Assembly (NCBI GenBank): GCA_964584035.1
Contig: CAZOYL010000019.1
Location: 898-29,633, forward strand
DNA from: an uncultured Gemmatimonadota bacterium
GTDB taxonomy: Bacteria > SM23-81
Direction: 5' to 3'
Length of the DNA: 28,736 nucleotides
The notes under the pieces: model-generated
Seen by the model: only the letters and a program-made list of their open reading frames with translations
Database searches by the model: none
Told to the model about the DNA's origin: nothing
Program-made: the position numbers and the translations under genes
In this document: one piece after another, positions 16,738 through 25,273 of the stretch
Numbering within the stretch: the first letter of the stretch is position 1
Layout of the letters: the number at the start of each line of letters is the position of its first letter

Positions 16738-17688
16738 TCAAGGCCGGGGAATAGCCAGATCATCGGGCCCCTGGGCCGACATCTTGACCTGGGGAGCATT
16801 TTCCTGAATGAGCTCATGGATGATCTGGGCATACTTGACCTTTTCCCGAGCCCAGTCGGCCATCATCTGCGGGTTGGTCCAGGGTTTATAGAGCGCCCCG
16901 GGGCCGGCGGCGCATCCCGGACCAGGCTCGATCTTGAAATAACAGGGCGCTGATACCCGGGCCATATCCGGGCCTTCATAGAAACGCATATAGCCGCCGA
17001 AGGAATCGGTCAGGATGATATGTACGTCGATGGGGATGTCGATGGCCTGGCGGATGCTGGCAAACTGTGCCAGACTGATATCGGCCACCGGGTTGAAGCT
17101 GCCGGCGCCCAGATCCTGAAGGACCTTTCCCCCGGCGGCGTTGGCATGTCCGGCATAGATGGATACTTTGAAAGTGATGTCTTCCGGCAGGTCGCCGGCC
17201 TTCTTCATCTCGTTCAACAGCCACAGCAGACCTTCATCGATCACCAGGAATCCACGGAATCCCAGGTCGATGGCCCGGTAGATATCAGTGATCACCTGAC
17301 GGAGCTGATCGCTGCCGCGGAAGCGCAGACCGGAGAAGGCACCCTCCGGGGTGACCAGCTGGCGCCCGGTATCCCAGGATGCCCGCGGCCCCGGGGTCAG
17401 GATGACCTCCAGCCGGGCCTCGGCAGCCATCTGGGCGAAGTCTTTCAGTTCCGCTTTATCCAGCAGGGTAGCTCCCATGACCACCGAGATGAGGCGGTGG
17501 ATGGGCACCTTGCGCTTGTTCATCTCGTCGATCAGGGCTTCCAGCACCACCGGGCGCTCCACACCGGAGATCTCCATACGGTACCAGGCACCGTCAGGGA
17601 AGCGTTTCGAGCTGGTCGGAAGATCATGAGCATCCCGCCCGGGAACGCCATGTTTCTCCATAAATATGGCTACCTCTTCCATCTTCAT
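16738..17688 (-). CDS. Uncharacterised TIM-barrel protein resembling those loosely annotated as U32 family peptidase
   Basis: LPTSSKRFPDGAWYRMEI, GFRGFLVIDEGLL, FKVSIYAGHAN, LGAGSFNP, IRQAIDIPIDVHI, SFGGYMRFYE; strong SD. Family assignment is from recall, not a search. Confidence 0.6.
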   Translation of the reverse strand: MKMEEVAIFMEKHGVPGRDAHDLPTSSKRFPDGAWYRMEISGVERPVVLEALIDEMNKRKVPIHRLISVVMGATLLDKAELKDFAQMAAEARLEVILTPGPRASWDTGRQLVTPEGAFSGLRFRGSDQLRQVITDIYRAIDLGFRGFLVIDEGLLWLLNEMKKAGDLPEDITFKVSIYAGHANAAGGKVLQDLGAGSFNPVADISLAQFASIRQAIDIPIDVHIILTDSFGGYMRFYEGPDMARVSAPCYFKIEPGPGCAAGPGALYKPWTNPQMMADWAREKVKYAQIIHELIQENAPQVKMSAQGPDDLAIPRP

Positions 17689-17800
17689 TCGGCACCCCCC
17701 TTTTCAATGAACGACGATAGCGTTTAAACTCGAAGAGAACTTCCGAAGACAACTGTCCGGCAAGTAAGGTTCGGAAAAAGACAATTCAAGAAGAGTCTTT

Positions 17801-19213
17801 TCACAGGTTAAAACAGACCACTTTCGGTTCGGTCATCTCGTACAGGGCGTATCGCAACCCTTCCCGCCCTAATCCGCTGAGCTTGACGCCCCCGAACGGC
17901 ATCTGGTCGATGCGGTAATCGGAGGTGTCGTTGACCATGATGCCGCCCACATCGATCCCCTCGATGGCCTGGAAGGCATTGTTGATGTCCTGTGTGAAAA
18001 TGCCGGCGTGAAGGCCGTACTTTGAACGGTTGATGATCTCGATCGTGGCAGCCAGGTCGGTGAATGGAAACAGCCCCACCACCGGGGCAAAGACCTCTTC
18101 CGCTACCACCTTGGCATCCATGGGGAGATCGCTCATAATGGTCGGCAGGTACACGGAACCCTTTCGGATCCCCCCGGTGAGAATCCGCCCGCCCGCTGCC
18201 TCTGCCTCCTGAACCCAGGACTCGATCCGCCTGGCCTCTCCCTCGGTGATCATCGGGCCGACATCGGTTTTTTCGTCATGCTGCGGTCCCACCACAAGTT
18301 CCTCAGTCCGGGCGAGCAGGCGCTGCTGAAAGGTCTCGAACACGTCCTGATGGACGAACAGGCGCTGAACGCCGATGCAGTTCTGACCGGCGCAGCCGAA
18401 GGCCCCATCCACACAGGCCGGCACGGCTCGGTCGAGATCGGCATCGTCCATGACGATGACGGCCGAGTTGGAGCCCAGTTCCATGCCGATCTTCTTCAGC
18501 CCCGCCTTCTTGACGATTTCACGGCCGGCCTCAGGCCCTCCGGTGAAGGTGATCATGCGGACCCGTTCATCGGTGACCAGGACATCGCCAATCTCGTGGC
18601 CATGACCGGTAACGATGTTCAGTCCCTGGGGAGGCCATCCGGCCTCGAGGATCAATTGGCCCAGCTTGAGGGCCACCAGGGGGGTCACCGTGGCCGGTTT
18701 GAGAACCACCGAATTGCCGCCGGCCAGAGCCGGGCCCAGTTTATGAGCCACCAGATTGAGAGGGTCGTTGAATGGCGTGATGGCGCCGATGACGCCTATG
18801 GGAAAGCGATAATAATAACCCCGGCGATTGGCCGAACCCGCCCGGCTATCAAAAGGCAGCGTCTCGCCGTTAATCCGGCGCGCCTCTTCCGAGGCCACCG
18901 TCATCGTGGTGATGGCCCGTCCCACCTCGAACCGGGCTTCCCGAATGGTCTTGCTGCCCTCCGAGGACAGCAGCCGGGACATCTCCTCGTGCTGATCCGA
19001 CATCATCCGGGCGGTTTTGGCCAGAATGGTAATCCGATCCAGAGTGGAAAGGCGGCGAGTCTGCTTGAATCCCTCAACGGCCGAAGCGATGGCTGCCCTC
19101 ATATCCTCCGCACTGGCCGCCGGCACGGTGTCCACCAGAGCATCGTCATAAGGATTTTTCACATCGATCTTTTTCTTGCGGTCCACCCACTGACCGCCTA
19201 TGAGCATCTTCAT
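17801..19213 (-). CDS. NAD(P)-dependent aldehyde dehydrogenase (lactaldehyde dehydrogenase/GAPN-like subgroup)
   Basis: ITPFNDPLNL, LKPA, FTGG, MELGSN (catalytic Glu), AGQNCIG (catalytic Cys), EEVFAP, MPFGGVKLSGLGREG. Confidence 0.93.
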   Translation of the reverse strand: MKMLIGGQWVDRKKKIDVKNPYDDALVDTVPAASAEDMRAAIASAVEGFKQTRRLSTLDRITILAKTARMMSDQHEEMSRLLSSEGSKTIREARFEVGRAITTMTVASEEARRINGETLPFDSRAGSANRRGYYYRFPIGVIGAITPFNDPLNLVAHKLGPALAGGNSVVLKPATVTPLVALKLGQLILEAGWPPQGLNIVTGHGHEIGDVLVTDERVRMITFTGGPEAGREIVKKAGLKKIGMELGSNSAVIVMDDADLDRAVPACVDGAFGCAGQNCIGVQRLFVHQDVFETFQQRLLARTEELVVGPQHDEKTDVGPMITEGEARRIESWVQEAEAAGGRILTGGIRKGSVYLPTIMSDLPMDAKVVAEEVFAPVVGLFPFTDLAATIEIINRSKYGLHAGIFTQDINNAFQAIEGIDVGGIMVNDTSDYRIDQMPFGGVKLSGLGREGLRYALYEMTEPKVVCFNL

Positions 19214-19314
19214 GGACAGTCCTCCTCACGATTGAACGTTTTTCATGTTTGCGTTTCCGTCCGGATCACCGCCCAACGGTAACGGGCGGGATCTTCACCG
19301 GACCAGGCAGACCG

Positions 19315-20346
19315 TCAATGGGAAGCCCTGTGGATGGCCAGCAGGTCTACTAAAATGGAGAATCCCGTCTCCAGCTTTCCGGCCCCCGGGCCCACGATGG
19401 TCACCGGTCCCAGCAGATCGGTATCGAAGGTGATGGCATTGGTGACGCCGCTGACGCCGGCCAGGAAATCATCCACAGGCACCTTCTGGGGCGAGACGCT
19501 GGCCTGAATGCGGCCGTCCTGCCGCCAGGCGCGGGCAATCAGTTTCCACCTGGCGTTCTCCTTTTTGGCCGCGGCCATGTCATCGGAGGTGATCTTGGTG
19601 ATGCCGGTGCAGGGCACCTGAGATATCTTCACATCGCCTCCCATGAGCATGTTGGCGATGATGACGATCTTGGCGAGCGCATCCCAGCCTTCCACATCGG
19701 CATCCGGTTGGGCCTCCGCGTAACCGAGCTGCTGGGCTTTCTTGAGCGTCTCGGCATAGGCCTGGCCCGCTTCCATCTCGGTGAGGATGAAATTGGTGGT
19801 CCCGTTGAGGATGCCTCTGACCTCGCGAATATCCGTTCCGGCCAGATTCTCCAGCGCCAGATTGAGAGCCGGCGTTCCGCTGATCACGGTACCCTCAAAG
19901 CGGAATTGCCGACCGTGCTGCTGCGCCAGCTGAACCAGCTCCTGACCGGCCAGGGCCACCGGTCCCTTGTTGCTGGTGACCACATGACAGCCTTTCTCCA
20001 GGGCCGTACGGACATGATCGATGGCCGGCTGTCCGGTCTTGATATCGGTATAGGTGATCTCCACGATGACGTCGGCGCCGCTTTCACGAATAGTCTTCAG
20101 ACTGTCCCAACCTGGGGTCGCCCCTGGATGGCCGTCGATTCGTCCGTCTTTCTCGACCTGCTGGAGCACCTTCTTCAGATCCAGACCGTCGGCCTTGAAG
20201 ATCGAGCCCCTGTTGATGTCCGAAATGGCCACCACCGTGGCCTGATATCCGAATCGATCGTGTAGCTGCTTTTCTTTTTCTATCAGTATCTCCGCCAGAC
20301 CCTGTCCGACCGTCCCGAAACCGATGAAAGCCAATTTTTGTGCCAT
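19315..20346 (-). CDS. hom: Homoserine dehydrogenase, short form without ACT domain
   Basis: GFGTVG, VVTSNKGP, FEGTVISGTP, GILNGTTNFIL, AQQLGYAEAQPDADVEGWDALAK, GPGAG. Confidence 0.9.
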   Translation of the reverse strand: MAQKLAFIGFGTVGQGLAEILIEKEKQLHDRFGYQATVVAISDINRGSIFKADGLDLKKVLQQVEKDGRIDGHPGATPGWDSLKTIRESGADVIVEITYTDIKTGQPAIDHVRTALEKGCHVVTSNKGPVALAGQELVQLAQQHGRQFRFEGTVISGTPALNLALENLAGTDIREVRGILNGTTNFILTEMEAGQAYAETLKKAQQLGYAEAQPDADVEGWDALAKIVIIANMLMGGDVKISQVPCTGITKITSDDMAAAKKENARWKLIARAWRQDGRIQASVSPQKVPVDDFLAGVSGVTNAITFDTDLLGPVTIVGPGAGKLETGFSILVDLLAIHRASH

Positions 20347-20436
20347 AGAGAAACTCCTTTCTCAGAAAGTACTTATGACAGATAGAGCCTCGTACAGGAG
20401 AAACGAAAAATTCATCCCTCCCCCACTGCCGACCGC

Positions 20437-21057
20437 TCATTTCCGACCGCTCGCTGCCGACTGCTGGATATTTTCACGATAGGCTTTGATCCCCATTTTC
20501 AGAGCCTGCAGATTCACCATCCAGGTCTTACGGGGAACTTTCGATCTCAGGACACTTCTTATCACAGCGGGATCCAGGCCGAGCTGGGTGCTCATCGAGC
20601 CCATCATGACGATATTGACCGAGCGGATGTTGCCCGCCCGGCGGGCCAGATCGACGGCATCGATGGTCACCAGCCGATCGATGTGCCGCCGCAATTGGGC
20701 TGGAATCTCCCGGGGATACTCCTGCAGGCCGACGGCCACCGGCATTGGTTTGATCTGCTGGGTGTTCATGATGATGGTGCCGTCGGAACGCAGCAAGCCG
20801 CTCCAGCGCATGGCCTCGAGCTCTTCGAGGGCCACCAGGAGATGGGCGGTGCCGTTCTCGATCAGGGGCGATAGCACCTGACGGCCATAGCGGACATGGC
20901 TGACCACACTGCCGCCCCTCTGGGCCATGCCGTGCACCTCGCTTTTCTTGACATCAAACCCGCTTTTCATGCAGGCCAGTGAAAGGATCTCGCTGATCAG
21001 CAGCACACCCTGGCCGCCGACGCCGGCGATGAGAACATTCTTTATCGTATCGTCCAT
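20437..21057 (-). CDS. iorB: Indolepyruvate:ferredoxin oxidoreductase beta subunit-like (POR gamma family)
   Basis: IAGVGGQGVLL, SEVHGMAQRGGSVVSHVRYG, LEELEAMR, GNIRSVNIVMMG. Confidence 0.88.
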   Translation of the reverse strand: MDDTIKNVLIAGVGGQGVLLISEILSLACMKSGFDVKKSEVHGMAQRGGSVVSHVRYGRQVLSPLIENGTAHLLVALEELEAMRWSGLLRSDGTIIMNTQQIKPMPVAVGLQEYPREIPAQLRRHIDRLVTIDAVDLARRAGNIRSVNIVMMGSMSTQLGLDPAVIRSVLRSKVPRKTWMVNLQALKMGIKAYRENIQQSAASGRK

Positions 21058-21085
21058 GCTCCATCCTTTGAGTTAACCTTAGTCT

Positions 21086-22090
21086 TTATCCCTGATCGGA
21101 TTCCTTGATCCACGGCATCAGACGGCGAAGCTTTGACCCGACCGCTTCTATAGGGTGGTCATCGTCCTGCCGGGCCATCCGCTTCAAATTCGGCTGTCCG
21201 GCCTCGTTCTCGGATAGCCATTCCCGGGCGAATCTTCCGTCGCGGATTTCCTCGAGGATCTCGTCCATTCGTTCCCGAACCTGCCGGGTAATGATCCGAG
21301 GCCCGCGAGTCAGGTCCCCGTACAGAGCCGTCTGGCTGATCCGGCGGCGCATCCCCTGAATTCCGTGGGCGTAGATCATGTCGGCGATCTGCTTGATCTC
21401 ATGGAGGCATTCAAAGTAGGCCACCTCGGGCGCATAGCCGGCGGAAACCAATGTTTCGAACCCGGCCTTGATGAGGGACGACAGTCCGCCGCATAAAAGA
21501 GCTTGCTCCCCGAAAAGATCGGTCTCGGTTTCCTCGGCGACGGTGGTCTCGATGATTCCGGCCCGGCCCGCCCCGATGCCGGCCGCCAGGGCCAATCCAA
21601 GTGCTTTGGCCCGGCCGGTGGCGTCCTGGTGGACGGCCAGCAGGCAGACAATCCCCTGCCCCTTGCGATAGAGCTGGCGAACCAGGAGGCCGGGTCCTTT
21701 GGGTGCCACCAACAGGCAGTCGACATCGCCCGGCGGAACGACCTCGCCGACATGCAGGCTCAATCCGTGGGCCAGGACCAGCGCGTTCCCGGCGGCCAGC
21801 TGCGGTTGGATCTCCTGGCGAAAGATGAGACGGTGAAGCGGGTCGGGCGCCAGCAGGAGTATAACCTCGGCTGATGCCGCGGCGCGAGAGCTCGTCTGCG
21901 GCTGAAAACCATCCTCGCTGGCATTGCGCCAGGAAGGACTGCCGGGGAGATCGGCCACCGTGACCGTGCAGCCACTGTCACGGAGATTTAACGCCTGGGC
22001 TCTGCCCTGGGAACCATATCCGATCACGGCGATGTTTCTTCCGTTCAATACGCCGGGATCAATATCCCTGCTGGTATAAATCACCGACAC
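21086..22090 (-). CDS. ilvC: Ketol-acid reductoisomerase, class I
   Basis: IGYGSQGRAQALNLRDSG, VAPKGPG, EETETDLFGEQALLCGG, AYFECLHE, ISQTALYG. Confidence 0.95.
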   Translation of the reverse strand: MSVIYTSRDIDPGVLNGRNIAVIGYGSQGRAQALNLRDSGCTVTVADLPGSPSWRNASEDGFQPQTSSRAAASAEVILLLAPDPLHRLIFRQEIQPQLAAGNALVLAHGLSLHVGEVVPPGDVDCLLVAPKGPGLLVRQLYRKGQGIVCLLAVHQDATGRAKALGLALAAGIGAGRAGIIETTVAEETETDLFGEQALLCGGLSSLIKAGFETLVSAGYAPEVAYFECLHEIKQIADMIYAHGIQGMRRRISQTALYGDLTRGPRIITRQVRERMDEILEEIRDGRFAREWLSENEAGQPNLKRMARQDDDHPIEAVGSKLRRLMPWIKESDQG

Positions 22091-22091
22091 C

Positions 22092-23195
22092 TCATGATCC
22101 TCCTGTAACCATTCGCCAGAAACTTTCCTCTCCCGAGACGATCTCTATCCGGACCAGGAGAGCCCTGAAGGGAACATCACGCTGGTCGAGAGATTCAAAC
22201 CGGACGGCATCCTTCTCGGTGGTGACAATCGAATCGGCGCCCAGATGTCTGGCCCGCGCCGTGATCGCATCGACATCCCTGCGAGTATAGGGGTAATGAT
22301 CCGGAAAATGCAGACGGCCAGCCAGGCGAGCCCCCAGCTGAGTCAGGGAATGCTCCAGAGCGTCTGGATTCCCGATCCCCGATACGGCCAGAACCGCTTG
22401 ATCCTGAAGCGACTCAAGCGGTCGCACCTGGCCGGAGGGAAGTTCTCTCAGAGCCCATGGACGCAGGATGCTGCGAACCTGCATGGCTTCTGGATGGTAT
22501 CTTCTGAGAAACCCGGACACCGCTTCGGCATCGCCGGACTGATCGGTCCTGGTCAGAAAAAAGATATCTGCCCGGCGTAAGGCCGGCAAGTTCTCCCGCA
22601 GCCGGCCGGCGGGAAAGACATGATCACGGCCGAGAGGACGGGTGGTGTCGATGACCACGATCTCGAGATCGCGATGCAGCCGGAGATGCTGCATGCCGTC
22701 ATCGAGCAGAAACAATCCCGGATGAAAGCGTTCCCCGGCGATCCGTGCGGCCGCCACGCGATCTCCGTGAACCACGATGGGAACCGACGGATGGGCTGCA
22801 GAGAGCATCAGGGGCTCATCGCCCGCCTGTCTCCAGCCGGCTGTATCGGACGGCAGGAAAACCATATTTGATGATCGGCGGCCGTATCCCCGGGTAAGAA
22901 TGACCGGACGGCTCCCATCCGCATCGAGACGGCCGGCCAACAGGGACACCAGCGGGGTTTTCCCGGTTCCGCCGATGGTGATATTGCCCACGCTGATGAC
23001 CCGTTGCGGTACGGCATGGGTGCCCAGCAGGCCGGATGAATACAGCCGGCGGCGAAGGGCCGTGATCACGGAGAAAGGCACCGACAGCAACCGGCAGCAG
23101 AGACGCAACAGGCTGAAATGCCAGCCGGATCGTCCTTCCAGAACGGCTTTTTCCCACCTTTGAATCCAGGCATTGGTCGCCGCCACGGATAGCAT
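22092..23195 (-). CDS. lpxK: Tetraacyldisaccharide 4'-kinase
   Basis: SVGNITIGGTGKTP, LTRGYG, GDEP, LDDGMQH, PAGRLRE, FPDHY, VTTEKDAVR. Confidence 0.96.
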   Translation of the reverse strand: MLSVAATNAWIQRWEKAVLEGRSGWHFSLLRLCCRLLSVPFSVITALRRRLYSSGLLGTHAVPQRVISVGNITIGGTGKTPLVSLLAGRLDADGSRPVILTRGYGRRSSNMVFLPSDTAGWRQAGDEPLMLSAAHPSVPIVVHGDRVAAARIAGERFHPGLFLLDDGMQHLRLHRDLEIVVIDTTRPLGRDHVFPAGRLRENLPALRRADIFFLTRTDQSGDAEAVSGFLRRYHPEAMQVRSILRPWALRELPSGQVRPLESLQDQAVLAVSGIGNPDALEHSLTQLGARLAGRLHFPDHYPYTRRDVDAITARARHLGADSIVTTEKDAVRFESLDQRDVPFRALLVRIEIVSGEESFWRMVTGGS

Positions 23196-23197
23196 CC

Positions 23198-24475
23198 TCA
23201 GGAGATCGCCCCCTTGAGGGCCTCGGCCGTTCTCCGGGCCGCGCCCAGGCTCATGTGAACAGCTTCCAGAGCCTTTGCTCCCCGGCGGCGGCGCTCCTTG
23301 CCATTATCGAAGAGATGCCAGATGCGGTCTTTCAGATCCTGACCGTTTTCCACCTGAAGGCCGCCGTCACTTTCCAGCAGGAGCCGTGCACTCTGGAGGC
23401 AATGATCCATATAAGGGCCGAACAGCACCGGAAGACCGTACGAGGCGGGCTCCAGCGGATTGTGCCCGCCATAGGGCAACAGGCTTCCCCCCACGAAGGC
23501 CACATCGGCCGCCGCATAGAGCTTCAACAGTTGCCCTATGCTGTCCACCACAAGAATCTCCCAGGGTTGCTCCGGTGAAGCCTCCAAACAACTCAGCCGT
23601 TCCACTGCGAATCCGCCGGCCTGCAGCAGCCGGGCGACCTTCCCGACTCTGTGAATGTGCCGAGGCGCCACGATGGCCCGGACGGGACGATCCGATGACC
23701 GCAAAATTCCCAGGGCCTCGAGAAGAATCTCCTCCTCCCCCGGACGGGTGCTGCCGGCCACCAGAACATGGTCCTGTGGGCCGATGCCGAGCCGATCGCG
23801 TATCGGGTCGCGGCAGCCACGAAGGCCGGAGATCATCAGCAGATCGCCTTTGAAATTGCCGGTTACCCGGACCCGTTCCAATGACGCTCCCAGAGAAAGA
23901 AATCTGCGGGCATCCCGGTCGGTTTGAACACAGAACAGGTCGATCGAATCCATGATACGGCCCATTGTTTTCTTAAAGGCCCGATATCGTGACAGACTCC
24001 TGGAGGACAGCCGGCCGTTAATCAGGGCCACCTTGATACCCATTTGCCGGGCCCGGAGAATAAGGTTGGGCCACAGCTCCGTTTCCGTCAGCAGAAGCAT
24101 CTCCGGAGCGATCCGCCTGAAAACCCGTTTCACGGCGAAGGACAGATCGATGGGGAGATAAAAGACGCTCTGAATCTCCCCGCCGAGTTCAGCGGCCCGG
24201 GCTTTGCCTGCCCGGGTGGTTACCGAAAGGAATAGTCGATGGTCTGGAAAGAGATCCCTCAGGTCGGGAAGAAAAGCGGCCAGGCTGTGCACCTCGCCCA
24301 CGGAGGCCGCATGGATCCAGATGGAAGGCCCCTTTCCCGATGCTCCGGATGACCTGTTTGGGCTCAGGCCCAACCGCTCTCCCAGACCGTGCCGGCCGAG
24401 CAGGATTTTAGGCACCAGGTAGGGGCTGGCCAGCAAGAGAAGAGCAGTCAGGAAAGCATCATACAAAAAGGGCAT
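23198..24475 (-). CDS. waaA: Kdo transferase
   Basis: WIHAASVGE, ETELWPN, NGRLS, AGSTRPGEE, APRH, FVGGSL, GGHNPLEPA. Confidence 0.96.
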   Translation of the reverse strand: MPFLYDAFLTALLLLASPYLVPKILLGRHGLGERLGLSPNRSSGASGKGPSIWIHAASVGEVHSLAAFLPDLRDLFPDHRLFLSVTTRAGKARAAELGGEIQSVFYLPIDLSFAVKRVFRRIAPEMLLLTETELWPNLILRARQMGIKVALINGRLSSRSLSRYRAFKKTMGRIMDSIDLFCVQTDRDARRFLSLGASLERVRVTGNFKGDLLMISGLRGCRDPIRDRLGIGPQDHVLVAGSTRPGEEEILLEALGILRSSDRPVRAIVAPRHIHRVGKVARLLQAGGFAVERLSCLEASPEQPWEILVVDSIGQLLKLYAAADVAFVGGSLLPYGGHNPLEPASYGLPVLFGPYMDHCLQSARLLLESDGGLQVENGQDLKDRIWHLFDNGKERRRRGAKALEAVHMSLGAARRTAEALKGAIS

Positions 24476-24570
24476 ATTGAATTCCGGAAAGAAACGAGCG
24501 GTTAATGGTTGCCATCACCGGGCTGGGTATGCTGCTGCCGCCACTGAAGAACGGAGCGGAGGAACGGATC

Positions 24571-25269
24571 TCACCGATGGTCGGCTGGCGCCATCAGTTC
24601 GTCGGCCTGCCGGGTGAGCGCGTTGAGGGCGCGTTCCACCTCGATCCTTTTCTGTTGAATCTTCTCGCCGGACAGACGGCGCGGAACGAAGATAGGTTCG
24701 CCGAGCATGATGACCACCCGTGAGAAGGGCAGGGGGATGATATATCGATCCCAGGAGGACAGGGTCCTCCTGAAAGAGGCGCTGTTGGTCAGGGGAACGA
24801 TGGGCATTCCCGTTCGTTGCGCCAGCGTAATAACACCCTGCTGAACCTGAAACCGGGGACCTCTGGGACCATCCGGGCTGATGCCCACATCATACCCGGC
24901 GCCGGCACGGTCAGCCATCTGAAAAAGTGCCCGCAAGCCTCCCCGTGTGGTGGAACCCCGCACGGGGACGAAGCCCAGCCGGCCGACCGTCCGGGCGATC
25001 ATCTCACCGTCACGGTGTTCGCTGACCATGATGTGAATCTTTTTCCGCCGGTGGCTGAAGCACAGGGCCAGCATGCGACCATGCCAGAAAGCGTAGATCA
25101 CGTTCCCCGCTCCACCCCCATCACCGCCGAGGTTCCGGGCAGCCCGGAGCTGCTCCCGACCGATCCATTGTACCCGCCAGGTGGAGCCCAGCAGCAGAAT
25201 AAACAGAGCGCTGAAGCGGGAGACGAGAAACACCAAGATTCGATCTTTCAAAGAGATTCCCCGTGACAT
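24571..25269 (-). CDS. DUF374 acyltransferase, LpxJ-like lipid A late acyltransferase candidate
   Basis: FWHGR, SEHRDGE, VRGSTTRGG, SPDGPRGP, SWDR..IPLPFS; sits between lpxB and waaA. Confidence 0.85.
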   Translation of the reverse strand: MSRGISLKDRILVFLVSRFSALFILLLGSTWRVQWIGREQLRAARNLGGDGGGAGNVIYAFWHGRMLALCFSHRRKKIHIMVSEHRDGEMIARTVGRLGFVPVRGSTTRGGLRALFQMADRAGAGYDVGISPDGPRGPRFQVQQGVITLAQRTGMPIVPLTNSASFRRTLSSWDRYIIPLPFSRVVIMLGEPIFVPRRLSGEKIQQKRIEVERALNALTRQADELMAPADHR

Positions 25270-25273
25270 GCCT

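Noticed and set aside
20347..20436. SAM or lysine riboswitch, or Thr leader peptide, upstream of hom
   Set aside because: The 90-nt spacer has no aptamer consensus, no Thr/Ile-rich mini-ORF and no terminator.
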